A DNA stretch of 64,000 nucleotides from the human T2T-CHM13v2.0 reference genome, Homo sapiens. Within the stretch, counting starts at the first letter, position 1, and each line of letters opens with the position of its first letter. The DNA lies in assembly GCF_009914755.1 (NCBI RefSeq), contig NC_060927.1. One strand, written 5' to 3'. Positions 12,966 to 27,706 of the stretch are shown piece after piece. The notes beneath the pieces are model-generated. The model searched no databases, was not told the origin of the DNA, and saw nothing but the letters and a program-made list of their open reading frames with translations. A program made the position numbers and the translations under genes.

Positions 12966-13035
12966 TGTGAATAGGACTGCATTCTTGATTTGGCTCTTGG
13001 CTTGACTGTTACTGGTGTATAGGAGTGTTAGTGAT

Positions 13036-13337
<302 letters not shown>

Positions 13338-14126
13338 AGAGTGCTAGTGATTTTTGAATATTGATTTTGTATCCTGAGACTTTGCTGAAGTTGTTTATCA
13401 GCTTAAAGAGCTTTTGGGCTGAAACTATGGGGTTTTCTAGATTTAGGATCATGTCACCTAGAAACAGGGATAGTTTGACTTCCTCTTTTCCTATTTAAAT
13501 GCCCTCTTTTTCTTTCTCTTGCCTGATTGCCCTTGCCAGGATATCCAACACTACGTTGAACAGGAGTGGAGAGAGAGGGCATTCTTGTCTTCTGCCAAGT
13601 TTCAAGGGGAAGGCTTCCAGCTTTTGCCTATTCAGTATGATGTTTGCTGTGTGTTTGTCATACATGGCTCTTATTATTTTGTGGTATGTTCCTTCAGTAC
13701 CTAGTTTACTGAGTTTTTAATATGAAGCGGTGTTAAATTTTATCAAAAGCCTTTTCTGCATCTATTGAGATAATCATATGGTTTCTATCTTTAGTTCTCT
13801 TTATGTGATAAATCACAATTATTGATTTGCATGTGTTGAACCAACCTTGCATCCCAGGGATAAACTTGATTGTGGTAGATAAGAGTTTTGATGTGCTGCT
13901 GGATTCGGTTGGCCAGTATTTGTTGAGGATTTTTGCATCAATGTTCATCAAGGATATTGGCTCAAAGTTTTCTTTTTTGTTGTGTCTTTGCCAGGTTTTG
14001 GTATCTGAATGATGCTGACCTTATAGAATTAGTTAGGGAGGAGTCTCTCCTCCTCAATTTTTTGGAATAGATTCAGCAGGAATAGTAACAGCTCTTCTTT
14101 GTATATCTAGTAGAATTCAGCTGTGA

Positions 14127-14475
<349 letters not shown>

Positions 14476-15644
14476 TGGCCTTTTTTTGGTAGGCTACTTA
14501 TTATTGACTCAATTTCAGAGCTTGTTACTGGTCTATTCAGGGATTCAATTTCTTCCTGGTTCAGTCTTGGGATGGTGTATGTGTCTAGGGATTTGTCAGT
14601 TTCTTCTAGATTTTCTAGTTTATGCACATAATGTTCATAATATTCTCTGATGGCTATTTGTTTTTCTGTGGGGTCAGTGGTAATATCCCTCTTGACATTT
14701 CTGATTGTGTTTATTTGAATCTTCTCTCTAATCTTTTTTTTATTAGTCTAGCTAGCAGCCTACTTTATTAATTTTTTCAGAAAACCAGTTTCTGGATATT
14801 TTGAATGATTTTTTGTGTGTCTCAATCCTTCAGTTCAGCTCTGATTTCGATTATTTCTTGTCTTCTGCTAGCTTTGGGGTTTGTTTATTCTTGGTTCTCT
14901 AGTTCTTTTAGTTGTGATGTTAGTTTATTAACTTGATATCTTTCTAACTTTTTGATGTGGGCATTTAGTGTTATAAATGTCCCTCTTAACACTGTTTTAA
15001 CTGTGTCTCAGAGATTCTGGTATGTTGTATCTTTGTTCTCATCAGTTTCAAAGAACTTCTTGATTTCTGCCTTTATTTCATTGTTTATCCAGCAGTCACT
15101 CAGGAGCAGGTTATTCAAATTTCCATGTAATTGTGTGGTTTTGAGTGAATTTCTTAGTCTTGGTTTGCCATTTGATTATGCTGTGGTCTGAGATTGTTTT
15201 GATTTCAGTTCTTTTGTATTTGCTGAGGAGTGTCTTACTTCCGATTATGTGATCGATTTTAGAGTACGTGCCATGTGGCAAAGAGAAAAACGCATATTCT
15301 GTCTTTGAGTGGAGAGCTGTGTAGATGTCTATCAGGCCCATTTGATCCAGTGCTGAGTTCAGGTCCTGAATATCTTTGTTAATTTTCTGTCTCAATTATC
15401 TGTCTAATGTTGTCTGTGGGGTGTTAAAGTCTCTCACTATTATTGTGTGGGAGTCTAAGTCTCTTTGAAGGTCTCTAAGAACTTGCTCTGTGAATCTGGG
15501 AGCTCCTGTGGTGATTGCATATGTATTTAGGATAGTTAGATCTTCTTGTTGAATTGAACCCTTTACCATTATGTAATGCCATTCTTTGTCTTTTTTGATC
15601 TTTGTTGGTTTAAAGTCTGTTTGAAACTAGGATTGCAACCCCTG

Positions 15645-16220
15645 TTTTATTAGTCAGTGTTCTCCAGAGGGACAGAACTAATAGGATATATGTATATATG
15701 AAAGGCAGTTTAGTAGGGAGAAGTGGCTCACACAAGATGAAGGCTTATGATAAGCCATCTGCAAGCTGGGGAAGAGAAAAGCCAGCAGTGGCTCAGTCTG
15801 AGTCTGAAAGCCTCAAATCCAGTGAAGCCAACAGTGCAGCCTTCAGTCTGTGGCTGAAGGCCCTAGAGCATCTGTCAAACTACTGGTGCAAATTCCTGAG
15901 TCCAACGGCCAAAGAACTTGCAGTCTGATGTTCAAGAGCAGGAGGAACAAAAGGAAACATCCAATACGGGAAAAAGAAGGAAGACAGAAGACTCAGAAAG
16001 CAATGTTATTCCACCTTTTCTCACCTGCTTTGTTCTAGTGGCACTGGTAGCTGATTGGATGGTCTCCATCCACATTGAGGGTGGGTCTTCTCTCCCAGCC
16101 CACTAACTCAAATGTCAATCTTTGGCAACACCCTCATAGACACACCCCAAAACAGTACTTTACCAGCCATCTAGGCATCCTTCAATGCAAGTGAGTTGAC
16201 ACCTAATATTGACCACCCCA
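15645..16220 (-). mobile_element. MLT2A-type (HERV-L) solo LTR in L1
   Basis: TATTAGTCAGTGTTCTCCAGAGGGACAGAACTAATAGGATATATG ... GTTGACACCTAATATTGACCA; L1 resumes on both sides. Confidence 0.85.
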
Positions 16221-18516
16221 CCTCTTTTTTCTGTTTTCCATTTGCCTGGTAGATTTTTCTCAGTCCCTTTATTTTGAGCCTATGTGTGTCACTGCATGTG
16301 AGATGGGTCTCTTGAAGACAGCATACTAATGTGTCTTTGTTCTTTGTTCTTTATCCAGCTTGCCATTCTGTGCCTCTTAATTGGGGCATTTAGCCCATTT
16401 ACATTCAAGGTTAGTATTGATATGTGTGGATTTGATTCTGTCATCATGATGTTAGCTGGTTATTTTGCAGACTTGTTTATGTGGTTGCTTTAGTGTCACT
16501 GGTCTGTGTACTTTGGTGTGTTTTTGTAGTGGCTGGTAATGGTAATAGTATTTTCCCCTTATATTTAGTGCTTCCTTCAGGAGCTCTTGTAAGGTAGGTG
16601 GTAATGAATTTCCTCAGCATTTGCTTGTCTGAAAAATATATTTCTCCTTCACTTATGAAGCTTAGTTTGGCCAGATATGAAATTCTAGGTTGGAATTTCT
16701 TTTCTTTAAGAATGTTGAATATTGGCCCCCCAATCCTTTCTGGCTTGTAGGGTTTCTGCTGAAAGTTCTACTGTTAGGCTGATGAGCTTCCCTTTGTAGG
16801 TGACTTGACCTTTCTCTCTAGCTGCCTTTAACATTTTTTCTTTCATTTTGACCTTGTAGAATCTGATGATTATGTGTCTTGGGGGTGAACTTCTTGTAAA
16901 ATATCTTACTGGGGTTCTCTGCACTTCCTGAATTTGAATACTGGCCTTTCTAGCTATGTTGGGGAAGTTCTGATGGATGATATAATGAAATACATTTTCC
17001 AAGTTGGTTCCATTCTTATTGCTTTCAGGGACACCAATGGGTCATAGATTTGGTCTCTATATAATCCTATATTTCTCAGAGGTTGTTTGTTCCTTTTTAT
17101 TTTTTCTCTATTCTTATCTGACTGTCTTGTTTCAGAAAGCCAGCCTTCAAGTTCTGAGATTCTTTCCTTTGCTCCTTCTATTCTGCTATTAATACTTGTG
17201 AGTGCATTATGAAATTCTTGTAGTGTGTATTTTAGCTCTCTTAGGTCAGTTTCCTTCTTTTCTATACTGGCTATTTTGTCTGTCATTTCCTACATTGTTT
17301 TATCATGATTTTTAGCTTCCTTGGATTGGGTTTCAACATACTTCTGTAGCTCAATGATCTTCATTTCTGTACCTATTCTGAATTCGATTTTCTGTCATTT
17401 GAGCCACCTCAGCCTGATTCAGAACCCTTGCTGGAGAGGTGATGCAGTCATCTGGAGGAAAGTAGGCACTCTGACTTTTTGAGTTGTCAGGGTTCTTGCA
17501 CTGATTCTTTCTCATCTCTGTGGGCTTATCTTCCTACAATCTTTGAGGTTGCTGACCTTTGGATTTTTTTTTCTTTTCTTGTATTTGATGACCTTGAGGG
17601 TTTGATTGTGATATGAGGTAGGTTCAACTGGCTGGCTTCATTTCTGGAAGATTTTAGGGTGTCAGTGCTCAGCTCCCAACTCCTAGACTGTGTGCTCTAA
17701 CTCTGGGGGACTTGTATTGGGCACCAACTTTGTTCTCTGGCTCCTCGAGGTTAGGAATCCACTGTACTGGTGGGAGGTGAGATGCAGGGGGTGGCACTGA
17801 GGTATTCCCAGACTGCTGGTCACTAAAATCTGATGAGTAGTGTCAGCTAAAGCATTTAATAGTGCAGTGACTATAGGATTTGTCCTTGTTCACACATGTC
17901 AGCAGCAGTGGTAGCAGCAGCTGTGGTAGAATGCCAGTGGGTGCCAGGGTACCTGCCTCCCTGCTGGCATTCACCACAGTGGTGGAGGCAATGCAGCTGG
18001 GAGGGGGGTGGGGGACCCCTGCTGGTGATTGAGTGCAGGATTATGCTGGAGGTGGTGTTGGCTTGGGGATGGAGCACTGGAGGGCGCAAGTCTGGATGCT
18101 TTCTCTGTGCCCAGCAACGAGGGGTGTCACTGAGGGTTGGGGAGGATTCACTGTTCTCTGCACAGTGTTAGCACAAGGGTGAGGCTGGCTGGCTCTGTGC
18201 CTGCCAAGGCTCCATCTGCAATGGCAGTTGACGGGGGGGAGGGGGGTGGGCTACATTCCCTCACCTGGCAGGGCAAGGCAAGCAAAACCCACTGGCATAG
18301 ACACCTGCCAGCAAAGTAATGTGGGGACTTGCCATGGGCCTGGGGGAAACTGCAGTGTTGGGAGGGAGAATGTGGACTGGTGCGTGGGCACAGGGGCTGC
18401 CCCACTGGAGCTCTCTGCAGGTCAGGCATGATCCTGCCAGTGCAGAATCTATGGTGCAGGCCCCCAGGGCACCCAAGACTGCCCTGCAAGAAGGCATGCC
18501 AAGGCTGGGGCCCCAG

Positions 18517-19160
18517 TGAGACAGGAGAATAGGGTCTGGAGGCAGGGAACCTAAGGCTGATTCACATTGACTTTCTTGAACCAAGTCAAAAGGAAAACCC
18601 CAACTTTCCACACCCAAGTAACAAAAGGACCAGAGGCTACTCCCTTTGGAACCCCTGCCCCCAACTTTCTGCGTGGCAGATGAAAAGTTGAAAGTACCTC
18701 TTATTGGTCCTGTCCCACAACCAATCAGATTGGTCATAGTCCTAGTCTTTATTTGCATAGGAGTATAACTTCGTAACTTCACTTTAGTCTCTAATTGGTT
18801 CCCTCCTACAACCTATCAGATGTTTGCATGGGGTGTGACTTTGTAACTTTAGCCTCTGATTGATTGTCTTCTGCAACCGATCAGACTCATTGCAGGCCAC
18901 TACTTCATTTACATAGGGCATAGCCCAAGTAACCAATGGGAAGCCTCTAGAGGGTATTTAAACACCAGAAAATTTTGTAACCTGCGCTTGAGCCACTTGC
19001 TCAAGCATACTCCCACTCTCTGGAGAGTACTTTTATTTCAATAAATCTCTGCTTTCATTGCTTCATTCTTCCCTGACTTTGTTTGTGCATTTTGTCCAAT
19101 TCTTTGTTCAAAATGCCAAGAACCTGGATGACTTGTAGTCAAGACCCTCCACCAGTAACA
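18517..19160 (+). mobile_element. MER51A-type solo LTR in L1 5' UTR
   Basis: TGAGACAGGAGAATAGGGTCTGGAGGCAGGGAACCTAAGG ... CCCTCCACCAGTAACA; multiple CCAAT boxes, AATAAA ~19040. Confidence 0.85.
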
Positions 19161-21204
19161 CTGGGTCTAGTTTGAAGCTGAGTGAGAGTTTTAGGGTTTT
19201 GATCCTTACTCAGTGTCAGTTTGAGATGATGGCCTCTTGACCTGTGCATATAAATATAGTTATGGGGATGAGACTAATGGTAAAGGCGTATGTGATAGAT
19301 GACTTTATGTAATTGGGGTATAAAAGGCTGGCAGACCAAGGGATGTTCAGGTCGAATGAGCCCTGTCTGATGTGCAAAACCACTCTGCAGAGTTCAGGTC
19401 TGACAGTTCCCCTAGGCTGGAGTCTCCTCTGGGAGCAAGTCAAGCCTAGTACGATGGCCGTCCCCTGGCCATGCTCCACCACAGAAGCGCCAACACCAAC
19501 CCTCTAGTCTCCACATCAGCTGTCTTGCTACCCTATCATTTCTCTAAGCAGCTCTCCCTGCCAACTTGAGTGTTCATGGTGGTCAAGGGGTCTCCTCTTG
19601 CCAGGGTTCCAGAGGCCCTTGGTGAGAGCAGGTTGCTTCTTGCCAGTTCAATTCACCCATTTCCCCAGAGTCACTGGGGGCCAGAATTGAGTCTGGGTGC
19701 ACTGTAACCCCATGTAGGGTTCTCAACTTTCTCTCCCTTCAGCCCAGCTTCTGTGTCTTCCCTCTGTCCACTCTTGCTGTCTTCCCTTTGAAGATCTGTT
19801 AGGAGGACACCAGTCCTCTTTCCCTTGGTGGGAGCTGTTTCCTCCTGGCTGTGTCTAGTAGGCATCTTGCCCTCCCCCAAAATTTTTATTATTTTCTACA
19901 ATTTGGACTGAATTTTAAAACTTTTCCTGGTTACAAGTCTCCAAAATAATGTTTTCATTTTTTTTCCTTCTTTCTTCTCCTTTTTTCTCCACTTTTCCTG
20001 ATTTGAAATTACTAAAAATTAAGCTGTGCTTTTCTTAAAACCCTGCAAACTGAAGCTTGACAACTTAAACTTTGGAGGAAAATAAAAACAACCTATACAT
20101 AAACCACTTTCATACCTGCCTACTGATGTATGGACTTCAGAGTATCATAGCCTATATCAGTTTTCCAGGATTGTTGCCTGTTTTTGTTTATTGTTTGTTT
20201 TTCTCTGTGCCTCCCCCTCTATTTTCCTCATAGGATATGAGACTTCACAACCTGCTAAAAATGAGCTTTCCTAACAACGTGGGACCTATTCTTCTACGCG
20301 TAAACTCTCTTAGCCATGAGAGATCAGACAAAATCCAAGGCCAGAGACTCATTTTCTTCCAAAATTGCTTACTCTGAAAGGTTTTAAAAATAAAAGTGGG
20401 AAGAAATGTGAAAAGAAAATAACTCGGGAACCCAATTCACTATGCCAAAAGGAAAAATAAAGCTGAAAGCTGAGTCATGCAAGAAACTGTCTTTCCTTTT
20501 GTTCCTAAGCAGATCTTTAACCTTTTACCTATAACCATCTCCACAGGTAACCACTCTATGTTCACCTTATCTTATGTAAAGTACGGAATTACTGAGCATG
20601 TTATGAATACATAATTGACTATTCTCCTACCTGCTCCATTTCTCTTGCAACATGTGGATTCAGTAATATGACCATACCCTCCCTCTTTCCCCTCTAGTCT
20701 GCTTTTCCCCTTTAAATATTGAAGCTCTCAAAATCGTCTTTGGAGAAAAGGCACAGACCTGTCTCCCAGGCATGTCCTTAACCTTGACAAAATAAACTTC
20801 TAAATTGATTGAAAAAAAAATACATGCCAAACTCTTAACCATTAGACTTCTACTAAAATTTGATCATTTTTTCTTTCTTTGATAATTATTTCATTATTGT
20901 CTGAAGGACATTAAAGTACTTAAAAAGTATTGCTATAGTTCTAACACTGTTTGCAAATAGATTGCAGCTGCAGTTATTTAAAAATGAGAAAGCTGAAGGC
21001 AGAGAGAAAATGTTATTTTCTTCTCACACAAAATCATAAGCCAGACTTATTACAAGAAGTCAACTTTTCTGACTGAACAGGTATCTGTTACGGGTTTCTA
21101 TAAAATGTGTATATTTCCTAGGCTGCATTCTTCCCTGTCTTATCAGTTCAGCTCTCTGGGCAGCTTGCCCCTTACCAGTCTGTTTTGAGATACTTTGGAG
21201 GTTC

Positions 21205-21216
21205 TCTCTGTCTCTT

Positions 21217-21252
<36 letters not shown>

Positions 21253-21256
21253 CACA

Positions 21257-21287
<31 letters not shown>

Positions 21288-21290
21288 CAC
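21205..21290. repeat. Compound (CT)n(CA)n microsatellite
   Basis: Directly visible. Confidence 0.95.
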
Positions 21291-22509
21291 CCCACCGCTA
21301 TTCCCTATTCCCTATTCTTTCCATCAAAAAAGGGAACTGTTCAATTAGCTCACCAAAAGATACCTTTCTATCAACACCTAAGGACTGATTAAATTTGCTT
21401 CTTAGAACAAAGGATGGCTCACAAGGCAGTTTATGAAAAGGAGGAGCACAGAAAAATGGGAGAGACAGGATAGGTTTCAGAGTTATTTATGTAGTGGCAA
21501 ACTCCATGTAAACAAAACTATCAAGAAGCTCTCTGAGTATTTATGGAGAAAAGAGCTGGGGGTGCGGGCAGTGGGGAGTGGGCAACAAAAAATAAACACA
21601 GCCTGGGCGTGGCCAGTAGATTAGAATGACTGCTGTTCATAAAATTTCTTTGATTGTTCTTGGAAAAGGGTATCACATTGAGGGCAGAACAAGGAGATTC
21701 GTCATACCTTACATACTTGGAACTATTAAATTCTTGGCTAACTCTTTCATCCTTACCCTTGTGCTAGCAGCCTCCACTTAAGCATTCAGGGCAAGGTGAC
21801 CTGGGTCACTTCAAGGAACACAGTGTTTTCCATGGTGTACCATTTCCTTTTTAAAATGGAAAATTTTGTTCTATGGAAGAAATTACAAATTGGCTTTTAA
21901 TTTTACATTTTACACGGGGCTGCTACAAATAACTTCAAGCAAAGATTATAGCCATGTGTACACAACAATTTTTTTTGTCTTTATTACCCTGAAAGTTCAT
22001 GCCCTGGAGTATAGCATAACTGATGTTACTCTGCACTGGATTCACAATTTGAAAATGATGCATAGTGTGCACGTTTGCACATACCTCATTAGAGATCCAG
22101 TACTGCTTGTATTCTGAGACAATCCTGTGAACAACCAAATGAGAAGGCCTATCTTATATTTTACAGTGACAATTGAGTTTGCTTATCTACCTCATTTGCA
22201 CACCTCTTGTCTCTCTGTTTGGTTTTAAATTGCTTAGTTAGTGAATCTGTCTTGCTTTTAAGTAGCAGTCAAGTCATTGCTTACCTGCCACCTTTGTTTT
22301 GTCCATCAGGGTTTCCCTGTCTTTCTGCCTGGCCGAGTCTGATTAGTTCTTGAATAATCTGGGCTTCTTGGGCTGCTGCTGAGGGGTAACCTGCATGCTT
22401 CCTGTAGCACATCTCATGCCCAAGATGGTCAACCACTAAGGAGAGGAAGGAGAAAGAGTATTGTGAATTTGAGTGTCCTCTGGGAGAGGGAGGGGCCAGT
22501 TGAACTAAA

Positions 22510-23541
22510 CTAACTAAAATCGAGTAGATCAAAGAATGAGCCAGATGGGGGGTCTACCCATTTTGACCAAGCAGCCTGTCTGTTAATCCTATGCAACTGA
22601 GTCTCTCTAATACCTGATGTATTAATCCATGTGTAACAAGAAGTATCAGCAACTGCACAGATTTCTGCCTGTTCAGCCAGTAGGCAGTCTAAAGCAGTTC
22701 TATTATCTAGTACAATTTTAGCAAGATGATTTAAAGAAGTTTGTTGTGTAGCTGTAGCTTTGCAGTAGAATCTGCTATAGAGCCAATTATGAGGGAAAGA
22801 ACCTAACAAATAATGTCCCTTCAGAATGGTTAATGTTTCCTGGCAATGTTCTCTTTAATCTATGACATAGGTTGAATAGTGGACCAATGTTCTGTTTTTG
22901 ACTGATTATGGAGCAACAAGGGGACTATTAAAATTCCTAGCCCATTTTGGCCTTCATTTTCCATCCATCAAAGCACTAGATTGTCCACACATAAGGTTGG
23001 CCATGAAATTCTCCACAAATAAAACTATACCCCATGGGTGCACACAAGGTTCCTTTTCCAGTTCTCTTGTTCATGGACACATTATTTGGAATGGTGGAAT
23101 GAGCAGTTTCTACCCAAGGGTCTGAATCTGCATTATTACAGATTAAAGCATGCTATAGTACCCTGGGACATATGTCAGTTTACAAGAAACTCCATTTGGG
23201 CTTTTGATGCAAACCTGTCTTGTGATATGCTCATGGGTTTTGTTTTTGTATTCCATTACTGAGTTAAATTAGAACAGGGAGTGAGAAAAAGTAGGCCTAG
23301 AAATCTTACCATTATTACAATTTGAACAGCAGTCATGTCAGGAATGTTGCTAAAGTTACCCACTAGGAGAACTAAAGGATCCCTTAGGTCATGTAAAGAT
23401 CTGTGTTTGGCATGGCAGATATAACACTTCATCAAGTAACCCCCAGAAGAAACTAACTGTGAAATCTAAATTTCAGCATGATCCTGCCAGTGAAAGAGGC
23501 AGGCATAAGCAAGGAAAAATTAAGAGAAGTAAGAGTTTCAT
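22510..23541 (-). pseudogene. Decayed gamma-type retroviral env
   Basis: ACCACCATG at 23541 then hydrophobic MKLLLLLIFPCLCLPLSL followed by a stop; furin site RLKR ~22850-22861; immunosuppressive domain LDNRTALDCLLAEQAEIC and CX6C(C>Y) in ORF 22510-22809. Confidence 0.8.
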
Positions 23542-26004
23542 GGTGGTAGAGAAGTCTTGATCTGGGATCTTGGGAAGGCTGTCCACATCTAGGATGTCAA
23601 CTGCTTCTAAGGGATAACTTTCCTGGTTAGCTTTACATTAAGGTTTCCAATGGGTGTTACAGTTCCAAGAAATTGGAGAAACCCTTCTGTGTTGTGAGAT
23701 TAGGGACCCAAATTATAAGGTCCTGAAATTTTGCTGCAGTGTGGACTGTAAGAAGAACTTTGTATGATCCCTTTCAATGAGGTTCAAATGTAGTCTTTCT
23801 CTGAAGTTGTTTCCATAAGACCCAGTCTCCAGGTTCTAGGTTATGTAGGGTTTGATTGTCTTCAGTGGTGGATCACAAAAAGCCTCCCTTACTGAGTGAA
23901 AATATACTTTGGCATAATGCATTAGAGCCTTGCAGCATTTAGTCAGAATTTAGAAGAGCAGAAGATACATGAGGTTTTATTATTAGGGGTATAGGCCTTC
24001 CAGTGACTATTTCATAAGGGGTCAACTTATTTTTTTCAGTGGAAGTGGATCTTATTGCCATCAATCTGCAATGTCTTTGACCAAGCCAATCCAGTCAATT
24101 CAGTTAGCTTTCCCTAATGTTACTGTATCTATAATACCTTATTTAACTATTTTACAACTTGTCCAGTTATACAAGTACCTCTATTGTTGGAGATTTCTCC
24201 AGGAATGCCCCATGAGGGAAACAAACTTTCTAGTAACTTTTAAGCTACTGTTATCACATCAGCTTTCCTGCATGGGAATGCTTCTATATAACCAGAAAAA
24301 CACGTGTTGAAAATGGCAATTGAATGAAATTTCTCTATAAATGGTCAAACAGCCCATTAGGTAGCAGAAACATACCTTCAGTTTTGATTGTCTCCCCAGG
24401 AATATGAGTTTGACAAACCAAACATTGGTCATAAGCCATTTTGGCAACCTTAGAGCAGTCACCACACCACATTTTTATAATTTTAATCATTTTATCTTTT
24501 CCATGATAAGTCATGGTGTGCAGAACTTTTAATGGGAGCTTGAAAGACTCAGGAAGGATAGGTGACCGTCTATGCTCTCCATGAGTTCATGTTTAACATT
24601 GCATTTACATTCTTCAAAATGTCAATTTTTTTTCTCCAATTCAGGTGCATAGCCCTGTTTATTAGATAGATTATCATATATAAGTTGAATTGGATTAACC
24701 TTACAAAGTTCATTCAAATTGCTGATGTCAGCAATTTCAGTACTGGCTGACTTAACCTAAAAATCTGCAAAGTGGCCATCAAAGATTTTAAAGGCAAATA
24801 TAGAAGTTTACATCATTTTGGACAAAAAACTTAGCTCTTTTAATATTGAGAAGACTCAATTTTCTTAAGTAATCAAAGATCTAATAGAAGACAACATGAA
24901 GAACAGGAAATTATTTTAATAAAACACCCTACTTTTGTTTCACAGGCCAATTATCTAAAATACCTTTTACAACTTCCTATTAAAAGAAGAGGCTTACTCC
25001 AAGGAAATCCTGTTTCAATGGAGAGGACCAGATTCTACTTTTGCATCAGTGTACTTTTGATATTAATGCTCCATTTTTAAAAAAAAACTTATAATTCCCT
25101 TCTAATTTTAGCCACCCTGATCACACATAAAATTTATTTCCTAAGATTCATAAACTTTCTACATTTTATATCCTTTAAGTCATTTGTCCTATAGTTTTCT
25201 TCTTTCTTATTTTGGGACAATCAATCATTCTACTTTAGGAAAAAATTACTTTTTTTAAAAAAACAAAAACATACTTTTCATCTAAGCTTCACTTACAAAA
25301 ACATGTCTTACTTTTTTTGTTTCTCTTATTTCTAATTTTAATTGCCATATATTAATTCGACTTTTTAAGTATTAGTAACCCCAATTTCTAGTGAAAACCT
25401 AGGAAGTGAGCAATTTTGAACTGTTTTGTATCAGCATTTAAAATAATTTTTAGAAACATTTTCTCAAAACACAATTTTTGTTTATTAACAGACCCACATA
25501 TTAGCTTCTCTAGACTGTATAAAAACATGCCAAAGTTTGTAAAATTAAACTTTTGCTTAAAAATTAAAGTTTTAGCATTTTAACCTACTTAGAAATAACC
25601 CAGACATTTTATGAATCTCTCTTAATTTATTATGACTTTAAGACTTCACTGAAAAAGAATTTTGAAACTATGACAGGTTCACCTAAACAACTTTTATCCC
25701 ATTCCATCAGGGGGTTATATCAAGGGACCTTTGGCCTTTTCTTTACTGACCTGTTTGATCATTACCCTAAGTAATTGTTAGCTAGGTTGTTCATTGTAAT
25801 TTCTGCCTTCTGACTTTAAAAAATTTCTCCAAACTGGGGTAAAAAGAGTGAATTGATTTGGGATCTTGTAATGTTGGCAGACCGGCAGGTGTTCCTCTGT
25901 TTTGTCTAATCTTTGGTAGATTTACCTTTTGTTTTAACCCCATCACTATTTGCTTTACTTACCCCGTTTTTAATAACTATTAAAATTTTTTTAAATTAAT
26001 TATT

Positions 26005-26130
26005 TTAAAAATAGAGACAAGGTCTTGCTATGTTGCCCAGGCTGGTCTTGAACTCCTGGGTTCAAACAATCCATCTGCCCTGGCCTCCCAAAGTGCTGGG
26101 ATTCCAGACATCAGCCACTGTGCTGGGGCA
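26005..26130 (-). mobile_element. Alu monomer (FLAM/AluJ left arm)
   Basis: AGAGACAAGGTCTTGCTATGTTGCCCAGG...CCCAAAGTGCTGGGATT. Confidence 0.8.
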
Positions 26131-26559
26131 ACTATTAAAAAGTTTTAACCCAAATTTGCATTTCCAAAGGAATGGCTTAGTAAATAAGGTAGAAAATTTC
26201 CATCTCAAAAGCACAGAGCTGAGACTTTAGGTCTAAATACCATTATTTGCCCAAATCAAGGAAGGAGGATATAGATAAAGGCCCAGTTAAGACATAATGG
26301 CCAAGAATAAACACCTTAAACAGGTAAGGCTTGCTATACAGTTTGGGTTGTAACAGCATTCCCTGCCTGATATTTTCCTTCTGAGTATTTGGAATAAGGC
26401 CCATCCACAGAAAGTATTTATTCAGGATTATCCAGTGGAGTATCTTGTAAATCAACACGAGGGGCCACTGATTCTAATATTACATGTACATAGTTATAGT
26501 CTTCACTGTCAGACAGTAGAAGTAGTGGAGTCTCAAGGTTAAGTAAGTTGCAGTGTTTT

Positions 26560-26834
26560 ATTTATTTTATTTTTAAGATAGGGTCTCACTCACCCAGGCT
26601 GGAGTGCAATGGCATGATCATACTCACTGCAGTCTTGAACTCCGTGGCTCAAGTGATCCTCCCACCTTAGCCTTCCGAATAGCTTGGACTACAGGCATGT
26701 GCCATCATGCCTGCTAATTATTTTTTTTTTTTTGGTAGAGACAGCATCTTGCTATGTTGCTCAGGCTGGTCTCGAACTCCCACCTTAGCCTCCCAACACA
26801 TTGGGATTACAGGTGTGAACCATCATGCCCAGAC
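26560..26834 (-). mobile_element. AluJ
   Basis: Old dimeric Alu; TSD TGCAGTGTTTT. Confidence 0.88.
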
Positions 26835-27327
26835 TGCAGTGTTTTAGGTGGGGTTTGGAAGAAGACAAAAGAATTTAATAAGATGTTAGTCTACTTACTG
26901 ACAGATGTTAAGTTTGACTAAAATTTAATGGGCTTTCCACAGCACGTGGAACTTGCAAGAAAAGTCTATTCTCTACTAACTTCCCCTTTTTCTATTATCC
27001 CCAGAATGAAACGGTAATTGAACAAGAAGGTTAATGGACTCAGAGTATTGAAGTAAAGATAGATGGAGAGAAAAAGCAGCAAGGGTTAGTTCAATGAGGG
27101 TATCGTCCTTTTTCGTTACATTCTTAGTTGTTGTTTAAGCTTTGTATATATGCCTTTTGCAAATTTTTTTAGGGAAGCAAATGTTGATTTATTTAATCTT
27201 TTAGATGCCTCTGCATACTGGTTAAAAAATGTATCTCCTTGTTTTTACACAGTTTTTGATTCCTTCTTTTCTAATGTCTCTTGCAAATAAACAACTGTAT
27301 CCAAATTAAAACTTTCCCACTGTGGCC

Positions 27328-27706
27328 CAATATGGTCTGGCTCTGTGTCCCCACCCAAATCTCATCTTGACTTGTAATCCAAATTGTAATCCCCACATGT
27401 TGGGAGAGGGACCTTCTGGGAGGTGATTAGATCATGGGGGTGTTTCCCCCATGCTTTTCTCATGATAGTGAGTTTGTTATTATGAGATCTGATGATTTTC
27501 CAAGGGGCTTTCCCCCATTCACTTTGCACTTCTCCTTGCTGCTGCTATGGAAAGAAGGACATGTTTGCTTCCTCTTCTGCCATGATTGTAAGTTTTTTTG
27601 AGGCTCCCCCAGCCCCGCGGAACTGTGAGTCAGTTAAACCTCTTTTCTTTATAAATTACCGAGTCTCAGGCAGTTCTTTATAGCAGCAGGAGAATGGACT
27701 AATATA
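27328..27706 (+). mobile_element. THE1D-type MaLR solo LTR
   Basis: ATATGGTCTGGCTCTGTGTCCCCACCCAAATCTCATC ... GGACTAATATA; 5-bp TSD TGGCC (27323-27327, 27707-27711). Confidence 0.9.
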
